Shown: positions 1 through 10,657 of the stretch, one piece after another | How the letters are laid out: each line of letters opens with the position of its first letter | Position numbering within the stretch: the first letter of the stretch is position 1 | Origin: an uncultured virus (IMG/VR IMGVR_UViG_3300042196_000264) | Lineage: Duplodnaviria > Heunggongvirae > Uroviricota > Caudoviricetes | DNA: 64,000 nt | IMG/VR virus record: IMGVR_UViG_3300042196_000264 | Direction: 5' to 3' (one strand) | Notes under the pieces: model-generated | Databases searched by the model: none | The model's input: only the letters and a program-made list of their open reading frames with translations | What the model was told of the DNA's origin: nothing | Translations under genes and position numbers: made by a program

Positions 1-304
1 CCACTAGGGGGGGGTAAACGGGCTCCATTGCTCCACTAACGTTTTGGTAGCTTTCCGGATCTGAAGTAGATTTAGCAGAAGCGCGCGGTGTTAGCAGCAT
101 CCGTTTCTGTGAGCATCCGACACGCGGCGAAATCTGTGCCAGAAGTGGCTCGCGCGATCGCCGAAGTCGCATCTTTCTTCTTGGCACGGTTTGCGCATGG
201 GCATGGGCAGTGCGCGGTCGACGTGAAGGGCAACCAGGATGACCAGGATGGACGGCACGTTCACACGATCCTGGTTGCCCTGGTTGGCCACCTGGAGATC
301 GGGA

Positions 305-1921
305 TCACGCGTGTGCCGCACGCTGTTTTTTTCTTTTTTTCGGTGAGATCTCCCGCGTCAAAACCTCGGGCTCGTCGGCAGTCGCGCCGTCCGTGGCGGA
401 CGGTTCGCTGGACATCGAAGCCCCACATCGTCCGCAGAACCTCATGTCAGGGGCCGACGGGAAGGAGCACTTCGGGCAGGAGACCTTCTCTCGCTTCATC
501 TCGACGGACACGATCGAAGCGTCCATCGTGCATGGCGACCAGGCAAACGGCTCCTTCTCAGCGTAGCGCTTGCACTGAACCAGGATCTCTCCGAAGAGAG
601 CTCTGGAGCGAGGCGTGAGCGCAACCATGAATGCGCTCGTTCGTTCGTGCCCCACAGCGTTCACGAACCTCGTGATCGAAGCGACGATCGTCGCCTGGTC
701 TTGACTGTTGCTGCAGTCCCAGAGGATGTTCCACTCCTCGCCTTTCAGCGTGGCGCGGATGGCTTGCTGGTCAGGAAGCGTGAGGCTCTTGTGGAACAGC
801 TTGAGCAGCACCGTGAACGGACGCTCGAGGCGGTCTTCTTCCGTCGAGATGTCGAGGACGGTTGGCAGGGCTGCAGATGGGGAAGAACGAGGAGCGGCTG
901 TCGAAGCGCCATCGTCATCGTGACTGTGCGTGCGTATGGCATCGATCGGAGGCGGAGCTGGTGGCGGGGTGTCTGGCGAACCATCACCTCCGCCCATGAC
1001 GCTGCTGAGACCTCCTCCAGGTGAGAACTGCGTGGCCACGGCGTTGGTGATCTCCTTGTCGCTTCCTGGAGGAAGGGCCCCCATCTTCGTCAGGAACTGA
1101 GCTCCGGCGATCGTGAAGAGCGGAGCCATCATCTGGATCAGTCCCTGCGTCATGCCCCCCTTGCTGTTGTTCCTGCTGTTCTCGAGCTCAGCACGGAGGT
1201 CTCGGATCTGGACCTCGTACTCCCACTTCTGCTGCAGGCTCGCGCCTTGCATCTCCACGCCATGATGGAGCGCATCGAAACCTGTCTGGGCGATCTTGGA
1301 GTGGTTGTCGCGGTCCTGCACGAGCCCGTGGACGAGTCCCTCGTACCTGTCGAGCGACCTGTCGATCCGTTCGGACGTGTGCCTGTTCATCTCCATAGCC
1401 TGGCCAACGATCGCCGAGGCCTTGTCCAGCGCCATGCTTACAGCGCGCGTTGCACCATCAAGGAAGCTGTTCACAGCCTGCTTGGACTCGTTGTCGATCT
1501 CGGCCGACACGGACGCGGCGGACGGGAGGTCGACGGTTGGCTCTCCAGTGGGACTCTGACCGAAGTCGACGTTCCACTGCATGTATTTCTTGTCTGCGAC
1601 GCGCTGATGGATCCGGATCCGGTAGCGACACTTCCGTTCGCGCTTCTCCGTGTTCTGGAACGCGTAGGCCATGGCATACGATGCGATGGTCTCTTGGGAA
1701 CACTCTGGTTCTGACTCATGGTCCTTGACGGACGGGATCTCGATGGTCCCGATCGGCGTGTTCCCGGATCCAGTGGTCTCGTAGACCCTGATCGAGTACG
1801 TGCCCTGCCATCGACTCGCGAGCGTTCGCTCGAGAGTCGGGTAGATCGGGAGGGGCTCTTCCGGCAGGTCGATCTCGGGGTCCAGGGCGAACAGTTGCGG
1901 CGGTTTTTTCGACATCGCCAT
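305..1921 (-). CDS. Hypothetical protein with coiled coil, hydrophobic segment, Pro-rich linker and C-terminal zinc ribbon
   Basis: 538-aa ORF with CPKC...FCGRCG near the C-terminus; divergent from the main operon. Confidence 0.75.
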   Translation of the reverse strand: MAMSKKPPQLFALDPEIDLPEEPLPIYPTLERTLASRWQGTYSIRVYETTGSGNTPIGTIEIPSVKDHESEPECSQETIASYAMAYAFQNTEKRERKCRYRIRIHQRVADKKYMQWNVDFGQSPTGEPTVDLPSAASVSAEIDNESKQAVNSFLDGATRAVSMALDKASAIVGQAMEMNRHTSERIDRSLDRYEGLVHGLVQDRDNHSKIAQTGFDALHHGVEMQGASLQQKWEYEVQIRDLRAELENSRNNSKGGMTQGLIQMMAPLFTIAGAQFLTKMGALPPGSDKEITNAVATQFSPGGGLSSVMGGGDGSPDTPPPAPPPIDAIRTHSHDDDGASTAAPRSSPSAALPTVLDISTEEDRLERPFTVLLKLFHKSLTLPDQQAIRATLKGEEWNILWDCSNSQDQATIVASITRFVNAVGHERTSAFMVALTPRSRALFGEILVQCKRYAEKEPFAWSPCTMDASIVSVEMKREKVSCPKCSFPSAPDMRFCGRCGASMSSEPSATDGATADEPEVLTREISPKKRKKQRAAHA

Positions 1922-1969
1922 GACCGTAGAGCCTTCGACGTCGAAGTCAACTCCTAGGTAGACGATCCA

Positions 1970-2137
1970 CTACCTAACGGATACCTAGTGGCTACCTAAC
2001 TCTACCTAACCCACCCTGGATGCTAGTCTACCTAGAGGATGTAAACGTAAGGATCTCGCGTGGATGAAGGATCATCACCTGAAACCTGGAAGTTCCGGCT
2101 ACCTAACGCTACCTAACGCTACCTAGGGCTACCTAAC
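1970..2137. repeat. Helically phased (C)TACCTA(A/G) direct repeats in a divergent intergenic region
   Basis: Copies at about 1970, 1981, 1992, 2002, 2028, 2099, 2109, 2119 and 2129, in two clusters with 10-11 bp period. Confidence 0.85.
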
Positions 2138-2281
2138 TTTTCACAGCGATCTCGTTGTTTGCAAGGCCACGAAAGTTGTGGTTGGAAGGATGGAACACCG
2201 CAGCGCCGTGCAGGCGCAGCATCAACCCACACGGCGCCGCACAGAAAGCGCACCGACTCCCTTCGAGGAAGAACCAAAACC

Positions 2282-2902
2282 ATGTCTCGTTCCAGCAAGC
2301 AGATCGTGAGCCGCGAGTTCAACCCCGCCGAGTTTCGTGGACAGATGACTGAGCTCGCGTCGGGAGACCCACGTGGCGCAGCTGACGTCGCGACCGTCTG
2401 GCGCGAACGCTTCCACAACATCTCCACCGAGACGCAGCACATCACCGGGTTCCTGATCGACCTCGGTCTGACCAGCGTGTCTGCCGGCGTCATGGCCTAC
2501 ATGGACGGTCTGTGGGACGCAGAGCGTGCGGAGATCCAGAAGCAGTTCGACGCGCAGTCCTCCGACATCAACGGTGGCATCGATGTCGAGACCGGCCACG
2601 CGAAGTACACATTCGAGGATGCGGGCGTCGACGATCCGGCGAAGCTCTTCGGGATTGTGGACACGAACCTCCTGATCACGCTCGGTGCAGCCGGTGCGGC
2701 CATGTTCAAGCTCCTCGACTTCTCGAAGGGCGACAGCAAGAAGAACGACTACACGTTCCTAGCTCGCGACATCGCCGTCGGTGGTGCGTGTCGGATCATG
2801 GGAGAGATCTCCCACAACGCCGCGTTCGACTCCCGCCAGAAGGAACTCGCCAAGGTGGAGAACCACGTCGAGTACAAGTTCACTGCACCAGTCAAGCCGT
2901 GA
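2282..2902 (+). CDS. Hypothetical membrane-associated protein (putative virion)
   Basis: ATG at 2282 (MSRSSKQ); two hydrophobic helices; first gene of the + operon. Confidence 0.7.
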   Translation: MSRSSKQIVSREFNPAEFRGQMTELASGDPRGAADVATVWRERFHNISTETQHITGFLIDLGLTSVSAGVMAYMDGLWDAERAEIQKQFDAQSSDINGGIDVETGHAKYTFEDAGVDDPAKLFGIVDTNLLITLGAAGAAMFKLLDFSKGDSKKNDYTFLARDIAVGGACRIMGEISHNAAFDSRQKELAKVENHVEYKFTAPVKP

Positions 2903-3018
2903 ACCAGACCAACTGACTTCCGATCCGCCGGGAGTCCGGGGCCGACTAGTGCCCTAGAAGAACTCGGGCGTACGCACCCGGCGGACCAGAAAAGCAACCA
3001 ACCCAACAGGAAAACGTC

Positions 3019-3672
3019 ATGAACAACGCTCAGCAGAACCAACTCGCGTACGCCCGGAATCTTCAGCTTGCCCGGGCGCAGGCCTCTCGCTCCAACCCCT
3101 CTGTCGGCGCCTGCGCGCCCTCGCCCTGGGATGCGTCCCAGAGCTACGGCACGGGCCAGTTCGGCCTGCAGTACAGCCCGAACATGGGCTTCATGCCCAG
3201 CCTGCCTCAGAACGCGCCCAACGTGCAGAACCCTCTGCTCGTGAATCCGTTCCAGGTGATCCAGCAGAATTACTCGCCGCTCGGCACCCGCACTCCGATT
3301 GCGATCGGCGGCGTGGTCACGCAGATCGACATCGCTCCGAACACCGGACTCTTCTACATCGCCGGCGTCCGCAGCTGCAACGACTGCGACGAGGTCGACA
3401 TCATCCGAGTGATCTCGGGCGGTGCTGACGTGGCCCGCAACGCCGGTACGTTCGACGCGGCGGCCTACAACACCATCGAGTGCTTCTGTCCCGTCGACTG
3501 GGGTGTGATCACCCACAATCAGCCGCTGCAGATCCAGGCGATGCCCGTTGGGACCCAGAGCACTGCTCCGGTGCTCAACTGGACCCTGTTTGGTACGCAG
3601 CAGCAGTCCTGGAACAGCGCCTACCCGGGGATCATCCCCGCGACCATGGGCGGCTTCAACCAGGGGGTCTGA
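3019..3672 (+). CDS. Putative structural protein (N/Q-rich N-terminus, beta-rich core); capsid-protein candidate
   Basis: 217 aa with AGGA upstream and strongly biased codons. The fold is a guess. Confidence 0.5.
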   Translation: MNNAQQNQLAYARNLQLARAQASRSNPSVGACAPSPWDASQSYGTGQFGLQYSPNMGFMPSLPQNAPNVQNPLLVNPFQVIQQNYSPLGTRTPIAIGGVVTQIDIAPNTGLFYIAGVRSCNDCDEVDIIRVISGGADVARNAGTFDAAAYNTIECFCPVDWGVITHNQPLQIQAMPVGTQSTAPVLNWTLFGTQQQSWNSAYPGIIPATMGGFNQGV

Positions 3673-3744
3673 CCGACATCCTCGCAGCCGCGGGCGCAGC
3701 GACTGCGCCCGCGGTGAGCGGGGACCAAAGGAAACCCCTTGGCG

Positions 3745-5586
3745 ATGTTCGCAAGCAAGATCCGCAAGCTGTTCAGCCGGACTCCCCGTGTTGGGAAGAA
3801 GGCCGGGGCAGCTTGTCGGATCGAGGCAGGACAGGTGCGGTGTTCGTTCGACCGGACGCCCGCCGCACTCAGTCCTGGTTGCTACGTGAACACCGGACAA
3901 GGCCGATGGCACTGCCCCAACGTACCAGGTCTCCACGGACGACCGGTGAAGGCAGTTCGCACGCACCAGGATCGCGCCACGAACCAGTCGTGGGCCCATC
4001 TCGATGATGGAACGCCGGTGCCAGCTTTTTCAGTCACGGTCGGCAAGCGACAGGGCGACATGTTCCAGATCATCAACAAGCTTCGCAACGCGTTCAGTGT
4101 TGGTGCCAAGACGCGCCGCCGGAACGCTGCTCTCCCCCCCAGCACTCCTGGACCCATCGGACCTCTCCGTGTGACCGCCCGTGAATTCGGACCGAAGCCA
4201 AAGCCCGATCCGGTCTGCTGCGTCCGACTCACCGAGGACGGCCGCATGCTGCTCGAGTGCAACCCGGACCCGCACGGATGGGCTGGCGTGAAAACCGGCG
4301 GAACGGTCCGCGGCAACACCGTCGAGTTCAGCACGGGCGACGACATCCTCACCTTCCCGATCTGCGGTGGCGGACGCCCGAGAACTCCTCCGCCATGGTT
4401 CCGCGACCGACCTCCGACGATCAAGCCTCCGCTTCAGTGCTGCGTTCGCGTGAGCGAATCCGGCGCGACGCTCGTCAACTGCAGCGACCCGAATTTCGAG
4501 GGGGCGCCCGCGCAGATCGTCAATGTGAACGAAGCCGCAGGCACCGTGCTCGTGCGTCATCGTGGGATCGGGGACCAGGGCCAGTGGCTGCCACTCTGCC
4601 CCCCCGAGGAGATCGACTTTCCGCCTCCGCCCCCGTCCACGCCGCAGTGTTGCTTCGACCCGGTCACGAGCACGCTCCGCTGCGACGACCCGCGATGGAA
4701 CGGCCGCCCTGCTGAGCTCAAGCGCGTGGACCCTGACGGTGTGCTCGTCTACCCCGCAGGCCACCACGACAACATGAAGGTGCAGCTGTGCCCGGCCACC
4801 TCGTGCCCAACGCCACCACCGTGCCCCGAGTGCCCGGACTTCGACTGCCCGCCTCCTCGAGACTGCCCACCGTGTGAGCAGTTCGAGTGCCCGCCCCCGC
4901 AGGACTGCAAGCCCTGCCAGACCTGTCCACCGGGAATGCTCCTCAACACCCAAACCGGTGAGTGCGTACAGATCCCAAGTTGCCCGCCCGGGTACCTGCT
5001 CGACACGAGCACGGGCCAGTGCGTGCAGTGTCCGCCCTGCCTCCCGCCCCCGCCGTTCGACTTCGTTCCACCGCCCAACCAGCCTCCCGGTGACTGCGGA
5101 GACTGTCCTGGATGCGGATGCAGTCCGTGTGAAGCAAACGGAAACTGCGCCACCACCCAGCAGTGGTTCCCGATGCCGATCACCCAACCGTCGGCGGAAG
5201 CATGCTGCGAGTCCTGCGCCCTCGGGCAGGCCTGCGAGTGCGACTGTGACGGCCGCACCATGAATCCTAATAGGGACCCGAATTTACGGGAACTGGCTGC
5301 CGTGGCACCCACTACGGCGATGAGGGTCTACAAGGACGCACCTGCATACATCCAACCACCGCCTTTCCAGTCTGCCGGATCCGGATTCGTGTGGATCCGG
5401 TCAAAAAACGGGGCAGGGTTCATGGGCGCAGGCCACTGGACTTACAGACAGAACTACAAGGATGTCCTCGGATATAAGTTCAACGAGAGCATGTCGCTCA
5501 GACCGAACGAACTGGACCCCACGGTACTCGTACGCAAGTTCAGGACCGATCTCCCACGACCCAAGAAGACCTTCTTCGCACGCTGA
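3745..5586 (+). CDS. Cys/Pro-rich repetitive protein
   Basis: Three CC-x-C modules, a CPPP/CPPC tract and a CCESCALG motif. Confidence 0.75.
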   Translation: MFASKIRKLFSRTPRVGKKAGAACRIEAGQVRCSFDRTPAALSPGCYVNTGQGRWHCPNVPGLHGRPVKAVRTHQDRATNQSWAHLDDGTPVPAFSVTVGKRQGDMFQIINKLRNAFSVGAKTRRRNAALPPSTPGPIGPLRVTAREFGPKPKPDPVCCVRLTEDGRMLLECNPDPHGWAGVKTGGTVRGNTVEFSTGDDILTFPICGGGRPRTPPPWFRDRPPTIKPPLQCCVRVSESGATLVNCSDPNFEGAPAQIVNVNEAAGTVLVRHRGIGDQGQWLPLCPPEEIDFPPPPPSTPQCCFDPVTSTLRCDDPRWNGRPAELKRVDPDGVLVYPAGHHDNMKVQLCPATSCPTPPPCPECPDFDCPPPRDCPPCEQFECPPPQDCKPCQTCPPGMLLNTQTGECVQIPSCPPGYLLDTSTGQCVQCPPCLPPPPFDFVPPPNQPPGDCGDCPGCGCSPCEANGNCATTQQWFPMPITQPSAEACCESCALGQACECDCDGRTMNPNRDPNLRELAAVAPTTAMRVYKDAPAYIQPPPFQSAGSGFVWIRSKNGAGFMGAGHWTYRQNYKDVLGYKFNESMSLRPNELDPTVLVRKFRTDLPRPKKTFFAR

Positions 5587-5625
5587 AGTCCTTCAACCCC
5601 GGGGAGATGAGGCCCCAACACCGCC

Positions 5626-6783
5626 ATGCCTCCACCCAAACTCCCAACCGTACACATGATGCCCGTCTCCGTCTCGGGGACGGGCCAGGTGTACAACCGA
5701 CCCGAACTGATCCCGCGCACAGCACGTCAAGGGGTCGGTGTGGTCATGCCGTCGGGTCCGCTTCCGGGCCCGAGTGGAGCCTTCGGCATGCGCGCTCGGA
5801 ACCCCGCCGTCGGCGGATACCAGGTTCCACAGGCCGTGCCGATCGCGATGGCGGACTCGCCAGTCGCGGCCCCGAACACGCAGCGCCTTTGCGTTCAGGG
5901 GATCGCGGACCCGTTCGCGCTGCAGTGGGTTCCGATCGGACCCGGGTCCATCGCCAGTGATACAGCGCTAGGCGGGTCCGGAAACTTCTCGACAGCCATC
6001 GAGTTCGGGTCCATGGGCGGCACGGTCGACAAGTTCGGCCGCAACATCAACCACGGCGGACCTCTTCTCAAGATCGCGCCGATCCGCTCAGTCGAGTGGT
6101 ACCACGTGACGGTCTGGGCGAATGAGATCGTCCAGCTGCTCACGGCTGGAACTCCGACCTTTGGCGAAGTGATGGCCGCACCGCAGAACTCGATGCTTCG
6201 TGCACGGATCCGCTGGCATGCCCGCCAGGGATACGAGCGCGCCATCGACGTCGACATCGGAACAGGCGTGGACCTCTGGGTCCCTCCGACGCCGCAACTC
6301 GAGGTCGAGCTCCTGGTCCCGAACCCCGCCAGCGCACCTGTCGGCACGACCGGTAACAAGTACCCAATCCCCTGGTTCACGACCAACGGCTTGTCTGACG
6401 GGGACCCGGCCTACCAGTACATCAGCTGCGTGACCGCAACCGCTTACCCGGTCTGTAGCCCGGTGAGCCATCCCCCGAACCGGCTGACATTCAACGCGTT
6501 CTCGGAACAGATTGACGCCGGCATCGGCACGTTCCCTGTCATTCTTATCCCGCCGAATGCACGGTACTGCCAGGTGACATCAAGCGATATCACCTCAAAT
6601 CCGAATATGTTGTGGCTGTTCGATCAGAACGACGCTGCGTCCGTCATCGGAAGTTTCAACTTTCCAGTTGGAGCACTAACGACAGAAAATGTTCTCGTTC
6701 CACAGCACGCGAAGGCTCTACTGATCTTTCCGACAGCCAACGTCTCCCGAACCCTCACCGTCAGCTTCGAGCTCCAGCAGTAG
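5626..6783 (+). CDS. Putative structural beta-sandwich protein
   Basis: 385 aa, alternating hydrophobic pattern, RARNP after the N-terminal region. Confidence 0.6.
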   Translation: MPPPKLPTVHMMPVSVSGTGQVYNRPELIPRTARQGVGVVMPSGPLPGPSGAFGMRARNPAVGGYQVPQAVPIAMADSPVAAPNTQRLCVQGIADPFALQWVPIGPGSIASDTALGGSGNFSTAIEFGSMGGTVDKFGRNINHGGPLLKIAPIRSVEWYHVTVWANEIVQLLTAGTPTFGEVMAAPQNSMLRARIRWHARQGYERAIDVDIGTGVDLWVPPTPQLEVELLVPNPASAPVGTTGNKYPIPWFTTNGLSDGDPAYQYISCVTATAYPVCSPVSHPPNRLTFNAFSEQIDAGIGTFPVILIPPNARYCQVTSSDITSNPNMLWLFDQNDAASVIGSFNFPVGALTTENVLVPQHAKALLIFPTANVSRTLTVSFELQQ

Positions 6784-7278
6784 ATGCAACTCATGCTCCA
6801 CCTGTGCGGACCAGCCGGAGAGGCAATGAGGAGGGAGATCTCCCATGTGCTCGCCGTCCTGAAGGCCGACAACCGGTTCGTGATCAGCGCCCTCCTCGAG
6901 GGTGGAGACTACGTGCCTGAGACGATGTGGGAGCTCCACACGACGTCGCCGAAGGGCTGCGTCTACCGCCCGCCAGACGAGCACGAGTCCAAGACGCCTC
7001 GCCAGGACTTCTACTGCGTTGCAGACCTCGTCGAGCGAGGAGAGTTCAGCTGTGGTGACGCGGCGGCCTACGAAGCCGCCGTGCTCGAGGAGATCTATGG
7101 GATCCCAACCGAGATCATCGTCGTCGCCCAGGGCAGCACGGAGTACCACGCGCTCTACGTCACGCCAGACGGGCCCGTCGATCCGACAGAAAACTGGATC
7201 AAGGAATGGTCGGCTGAAAACCGAAAGCCCTACAAGCCTCCGGTGCGCGGTGCCAACCGCTGGAAGAGGGCCTCATGA
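6784..7278 (+). CDS. Transglutaminase-like cysteine protease (Cys-His-Asp)
   Basis: FSCGDAAAY...YHALY...VDPT, in the order and approximate spacing of a transglutaminase-fold triad. Confidence 0.55.
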   Translation: MQLMLHLCGPAGEAMRREISHVLAVLKADNRFVISALLEGGDYVPETMWELHTTSPKGCVYRPPDEHESKTPRQDFYCVADLVERGEFSCGDAAAYEAAVLEEIYGIPTEIIVVAQGSTEYHALYVTPDGPVDPTENWIKEWSAENRKPYKPPVRGANRWKRAS

Positions 7279-7775
7279 TCCAGCTGTTCGTAGGCGCGGT
7301 GCTTGGTGCGATTGCGGTGGTGTTCTACACCGCCCCGAAGCGCTCGAAGGCAAAGGGGATCCTTGGGACCGGCGTCCGACTGCCGCTCCCGAGCATCAGC
7401 GTGACGATGCCGAGGACTCTCGAGGACCTTCAGAGGGTCGACGACTCGATCTGCTTCTGCTTCTCGGAACTCGCGCCAGACCTCGTCGCGCTCGAGTTGT
7501 CCGGCGTCATCAAGCCCGGGCCACTCCCCGAAGACGCCCCTACGCTTGCGCTCCGTAAAGAACAGGCCAGGACCGACAGCATCACCTCATGGGTTCAACT
7601 CTGCGCAGCCGCAGACCTCTATCCAGAAACCGAAATCGCCTGGCCGCCACAAGTCGGTGACCATCCGACGATCCATGCCCTCTGGGGGATCCTGGACTTC
7701 CGGATCCGCCGTCTCCTTCTCCGCGGAGAAGTACTCGAATCCTGCCCCTCCGCCGGGCAAGAAAGCACGCCATGA
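7275..7775 (+). CDS. Membrane-anchored hypothetical protein
   Basis: N-terminal TM helix followed by basic residues; ATGA overlap with the previous gene. Confidence 0.7.
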   Translation: MIQLFVGAVLGAIAVVFYTAPKRSKAKGILGTGVRLPLPSISVTMPRTLEDLQRVDDSICFCFSELAPDLVALELSGVIKPGPLPEDAPTLALRKEQARTDSITSWVQLCAAADLYPETEIAWPPQVGDHPTIHALWGILDFRIRRLLLRGEVLESCPSAGQESTP

Positions 7776-8647
7776 CTCCAGCACAGAAAGCCCTCCTCAT
7801 CGCCGGCTCCGCCGCAGTCGCAGCGTTCGCGCTTCTCAACCGCAAGGCCAGCGCCGGCCAGCGCCGAACGGGTGGCGAGTGCTCGCCATACTCGTTCGAC
7901 GGTAACGCCGTGAAGGCAGCGATCGATGATGCGATCACGAACGGAGCAGCCACCGCCGAGCACGTCGCGATCACCGTCGCCACCAAGCTCTACTCCCACC
8001 ACCCGTCCGGAGTGACCGTGGCCTTCCCGCCCGCCGCCGATGCTCCTGCGGGTGCGCGCTGCGTTTACGAGCGGATCCTCGGACTCGCGAGGGAAATCGT
8101 GGTCGAATGGAAAGACCTCATCGACACGTGGACGGGGCTCCCAGGTTCTCCAGAACCGGGCAAGTTCTACAGGCAGAGCCAAGGAGAGATCTTCTTCGGC
8201 GGTGATGGCGAGATGTATCGAGTCCTGGATGTCGCTGGCGTCCCGAACACCGGTACCAACCGTGCGAACTATCTCACCGCGATGGAGTGCAGCCCCTTCA
8301 ACGACGCGGTCTACAACCAGGATCTCAGCGACAAGCAGCTGCGTAACCGTGCCCGTACCACGTGGCGCAGAGGGATCCTTCAGTACCCGCAGTACCCGGA
8401 GAACTACCTTCGCGCGATCCAGGGCAAGCCCTTCAAGCGCGGCAACGGCAACGACTTTGCCTTCGCATGGCTGCCTCTCATCGAGCCGACGCCCGACGGT
8501 GGCTTCGCGATCGTCATGTGGCCTGACGGCAGCTCGGGGATCAATCCTCCCGCAGATGTACTCGCGCTCGGTTTTGAAGGTGTTCCTCCGAAACAGTACG
8601 GATGCGGAAGCGATCGATACGCGGGCAGCAAGCAGCGGATCCCCTGA
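7772..8647 (+). CDS. Membrane-anchored hypothetical protein
   Basis: N-terminal TM helix (LLIAGSAAVAAFALL) then NRK; ATGA overlap. Confidence 0.7.
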   Translation: MTPAQKALLIAGSAAVAAFALLNRKASAGQRRTGGECSPYSFDGNAVKAAIDDAITNGAATAEHVAITVATKLYSHHPSGVTVAFPPAADAPAGARCVYERILGLAREIVVEWKDLIDTWTGLPGSPEPGKFYRQSQGEIFFGGDGEMYRVLDVAGVPNTGTNRANYLTAMECSPFNDAVYNQDLSDKQLRNRARTTWRRGILQYPQYPENYLRAIQGKPFKRGNGNDFAFAWLPLIEPTPDGGFAIVMWPDGSSGINPPADVLALGFEGVPPKQYGCGSDRYAGSKQRIP

Positions 8648-8656
8648 AGATGCACG

Positions 8657-9370
8657 ATGCCGACACAGCGACCGCTCGAGCCAGTCATCTGGTACAGGAT
8701 CGATCCGTCCACACCGGGATACCCCTGGCCGAAGGCATGCTTGCACAGGCAGGGGTTTCCGACGCCGGGAATGTTCGTGGACCTGAACGATCGGGGATGG
8801 TTCTTGGCGGAGGACGGCTTCGACGCACTCGTTCGGGCGCTGCTTTTCTCCGCGCTCACCATGTCCGACGCGGACACGGATCTCGCGAACTCCCGCACGT
8901 CGCAAGCGCGGCGCCTCAGGCAGGACGTGCGCACGCTGCTCTGGAATCCATGGAACATGGGTCTCTACGGCGTGAACAACGAGAACCTCTGCTGTGGCGT
9001 CCATCCGGAGAAGCCGGGGGGCGAAGGCCGAGCCTGCGTCGTCGCCCATGTGATGGACGAGGACGGAAGTGGGATCTGCTGGTCGCCGTTGCACGCATCG
9101 AACGTGTCTCTGCTCGCCTCAGGCAGGGCTCCTCGACGCGCGATCGACCGGAACGGAAACCAGCTTCCCGGGGCCGAGTCCCAGCTCTGGCCGCTCCTCT
9201 GGGCACCTGCGCTGGACCTCGAGGTGCTTGCACGACCTTCGCCCGAGGTCGCAGCCGCGACGTGGTCCGACGGGTCGTCATGCACGAAGCCGCCGGCCTG
9301 CGTGGCCGCATACGGAACCCAGGACCCCGTGGCGCTGCCCGGGATGCCGAGCCTCGTGGACCGGCGATGA
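8657..9370 (+). CDS. Hypothetical protein
   Basis: 237-aa ORF in the operon. Confidence 0.65.
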   Translation: MPTQRPLEPVIWYRIDPSTPGYPWPKACLHRQGFPTPGMFVDLNDRGWFLAEDGFDALVRALLFSALTMSDADTDLANSRTSQARRLRQDVRTLLWNPWNMGLYGVNNENLCCGVHPEKPGGEGRACVVAHVMDEDGSGICWSPLHASNVSLLASGRAPRRAIDRNGNQLPGAESQLWPLLWAPALDLEVLARPSPEVAAATWSDGSSCTKPPACVAAYGTQDPVALPGMPSLVDRR

Positions 9371-9479
9371 GCCTGGAAAGATGTCCTGTCCCCCCGCCCG
9401 GACGCTGGATTGGCGGTGTTTTCCCGGCCGGGCGGGGGTCAGGGCTCCTACGTGGAGCCTACCTGAGAGGGGAGCGCGG

Positions 9480-9935
9480 ATGATGCGCATGTTCAGCAGC
9501 CGCTGGGAGCTCGCCGCGGTGCGGGTGGCTGGCACCCGCGTCCCCGCGGGACTCGTTCGCGTGATCTCGGCCCTTCGGGCGGCCTCGGACACGTACCGGG
9601 ACGCCCACTGGAAGACCCGTGGGTACGGGAACCACCTCCTCTTCCAGCGGCTCTACGGAGAGTCCGACACGGCGGTTGACGGCGTGGCGGAGATGCTCGT
9701 GGGCACCTACGGCCCATCAGGACAGCCGTGGCTGCTCGTGCAGGACGCGTCCACGATCCAGAGGATCAGCGGCGCTGAGGACCCGTACTCGCGGGCGATT
9801 GCAGTGGCGCGTGAGGTGCTCGAGGCACTGTCGCGCGCGCCCAAGCCGTCGTCCGGATGGGACGACGTGATCATGAGGAATTCCGCGACCTTCGAGACTC
9901 ACCTCTACCTGCTGCAGCAAGGATCCACGCCATGA
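9480..9935 (+). CDS. Dps/ferritin-like protein
   Basis: AHWKTRG...HLLFQRLY...DGVAE resembles the Dps ferroxidase signature HW..G..H..F..LY..D..AE. Confidence 0.65.
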   Translation: MMRMFSSRWELAAVRVAGTRVPAGLVRVISALRAASDTYRDAHWKTRGYGNHLLFQRLYGESDTAVDGVAEMLVGTYGPSGQPWLLVQDASTIQRISGAEDPYSRAIAVAREVLEALSRAPKPSSGWDDVIMRNSATFETHLYLLQQGSTP

Positions 9936-10657
9936 GGACCGGACCACGACCACCCACGATCCGCCAACCGAATTTCGGGGCCTTCGGGACCATGCAGCAG
10001 AGCATCGGTTCCGCCTATCCGGCGATCGTTCCTCTCCTGATCCAGGGGCAGCAGGTGACTGGCTTGCCCGAGAGGTTTCCTGGGCAGACGAAGCGAACGT
10101 GTCCGACTGGCTTCGAACTCGGCCCCGATGGCCGATGCGTCAGAAAGTCCAACCCCTCGAACCAGATGTGGGCCGGCGGACCCAACTATGGGAAGTTCGA
10201 CTGGGGCATGAGGTACGGCGGGTCCTACACGTACGCGTGGCCGGCTTCGGAGAACGTGCGCCACACGAACCCCTGTTGTAGCGGCAACTGCGGTGACGAG
10301 ATGGGCCAGAACGTGATCGGCATGCCCGCCTACCAGGAGGAACGCATCGACCTGCGCAACGCCACGGACCGTTTCGGAGCTCCAACCTACGGTGGGCAGG
10401 ACCCATACTCGATCTGGGACTGGAACGTCCGGAACGCGACGCCGTATGGCAACGGCCAGTACGGACTGCAGTACTCGAACATGACCGTGAAGAGCCCCTC
10501 GCTGCCCGCTGCTCAGCCGGGGACCTGGCCGGTCCACGCACCGATGACGCAGACGCCCTGCGCAACCGCTCAGGCCTACGGCGTCACCATGATCGCCAAC
10601 CCGCTTCGCAGTGCTGCCCGCGGAGTTGCGATCCGTACCGCGAGGGCCGTCCGGTGA
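9932..10657 (+). CDS. Hypothetical protein with several RxxNP motifs
   Basis: ATG at 9932; RKSNP, RHTNP; YGxGQ(Y/F)GLQYS shared with ORF 3019. Confidence 0.65.
   Translation: MRTGPRPPTIRQPNFGAFGTMQQSIGSAYPAIVPLLIQGQQVTGLPERFPGQTKRTCPTGFELGPDGRCVRKSNPSNQMWAGGPNYGKFDWGMRYGGSYTYAWPASENVRHTNPCCSGNCGDEMGQNVIGMPAYQEERIDLRNATDRFGAPTYGGQDPYSIWDWNVRNATPYGNGQYGLQYSNMTVKSPSLPAAQPGTWPVHAPMTQTPCATAQAYGVTMIANPLRSAARGVAIRTARAVR

Noticed and set aside
1..110. G run and AT-richer start as a genome terminus
   Set aside because: The window boundary may be arbitrary and no matching terminal repeat is visible.
305..360. PKKRKK NLS-like tail suggesting a eukaryotic host
   Set aside because: Shine-Dalgarno sites, coupled operons, lipoboxes and CRISPR arrays indicate a bacterial host.
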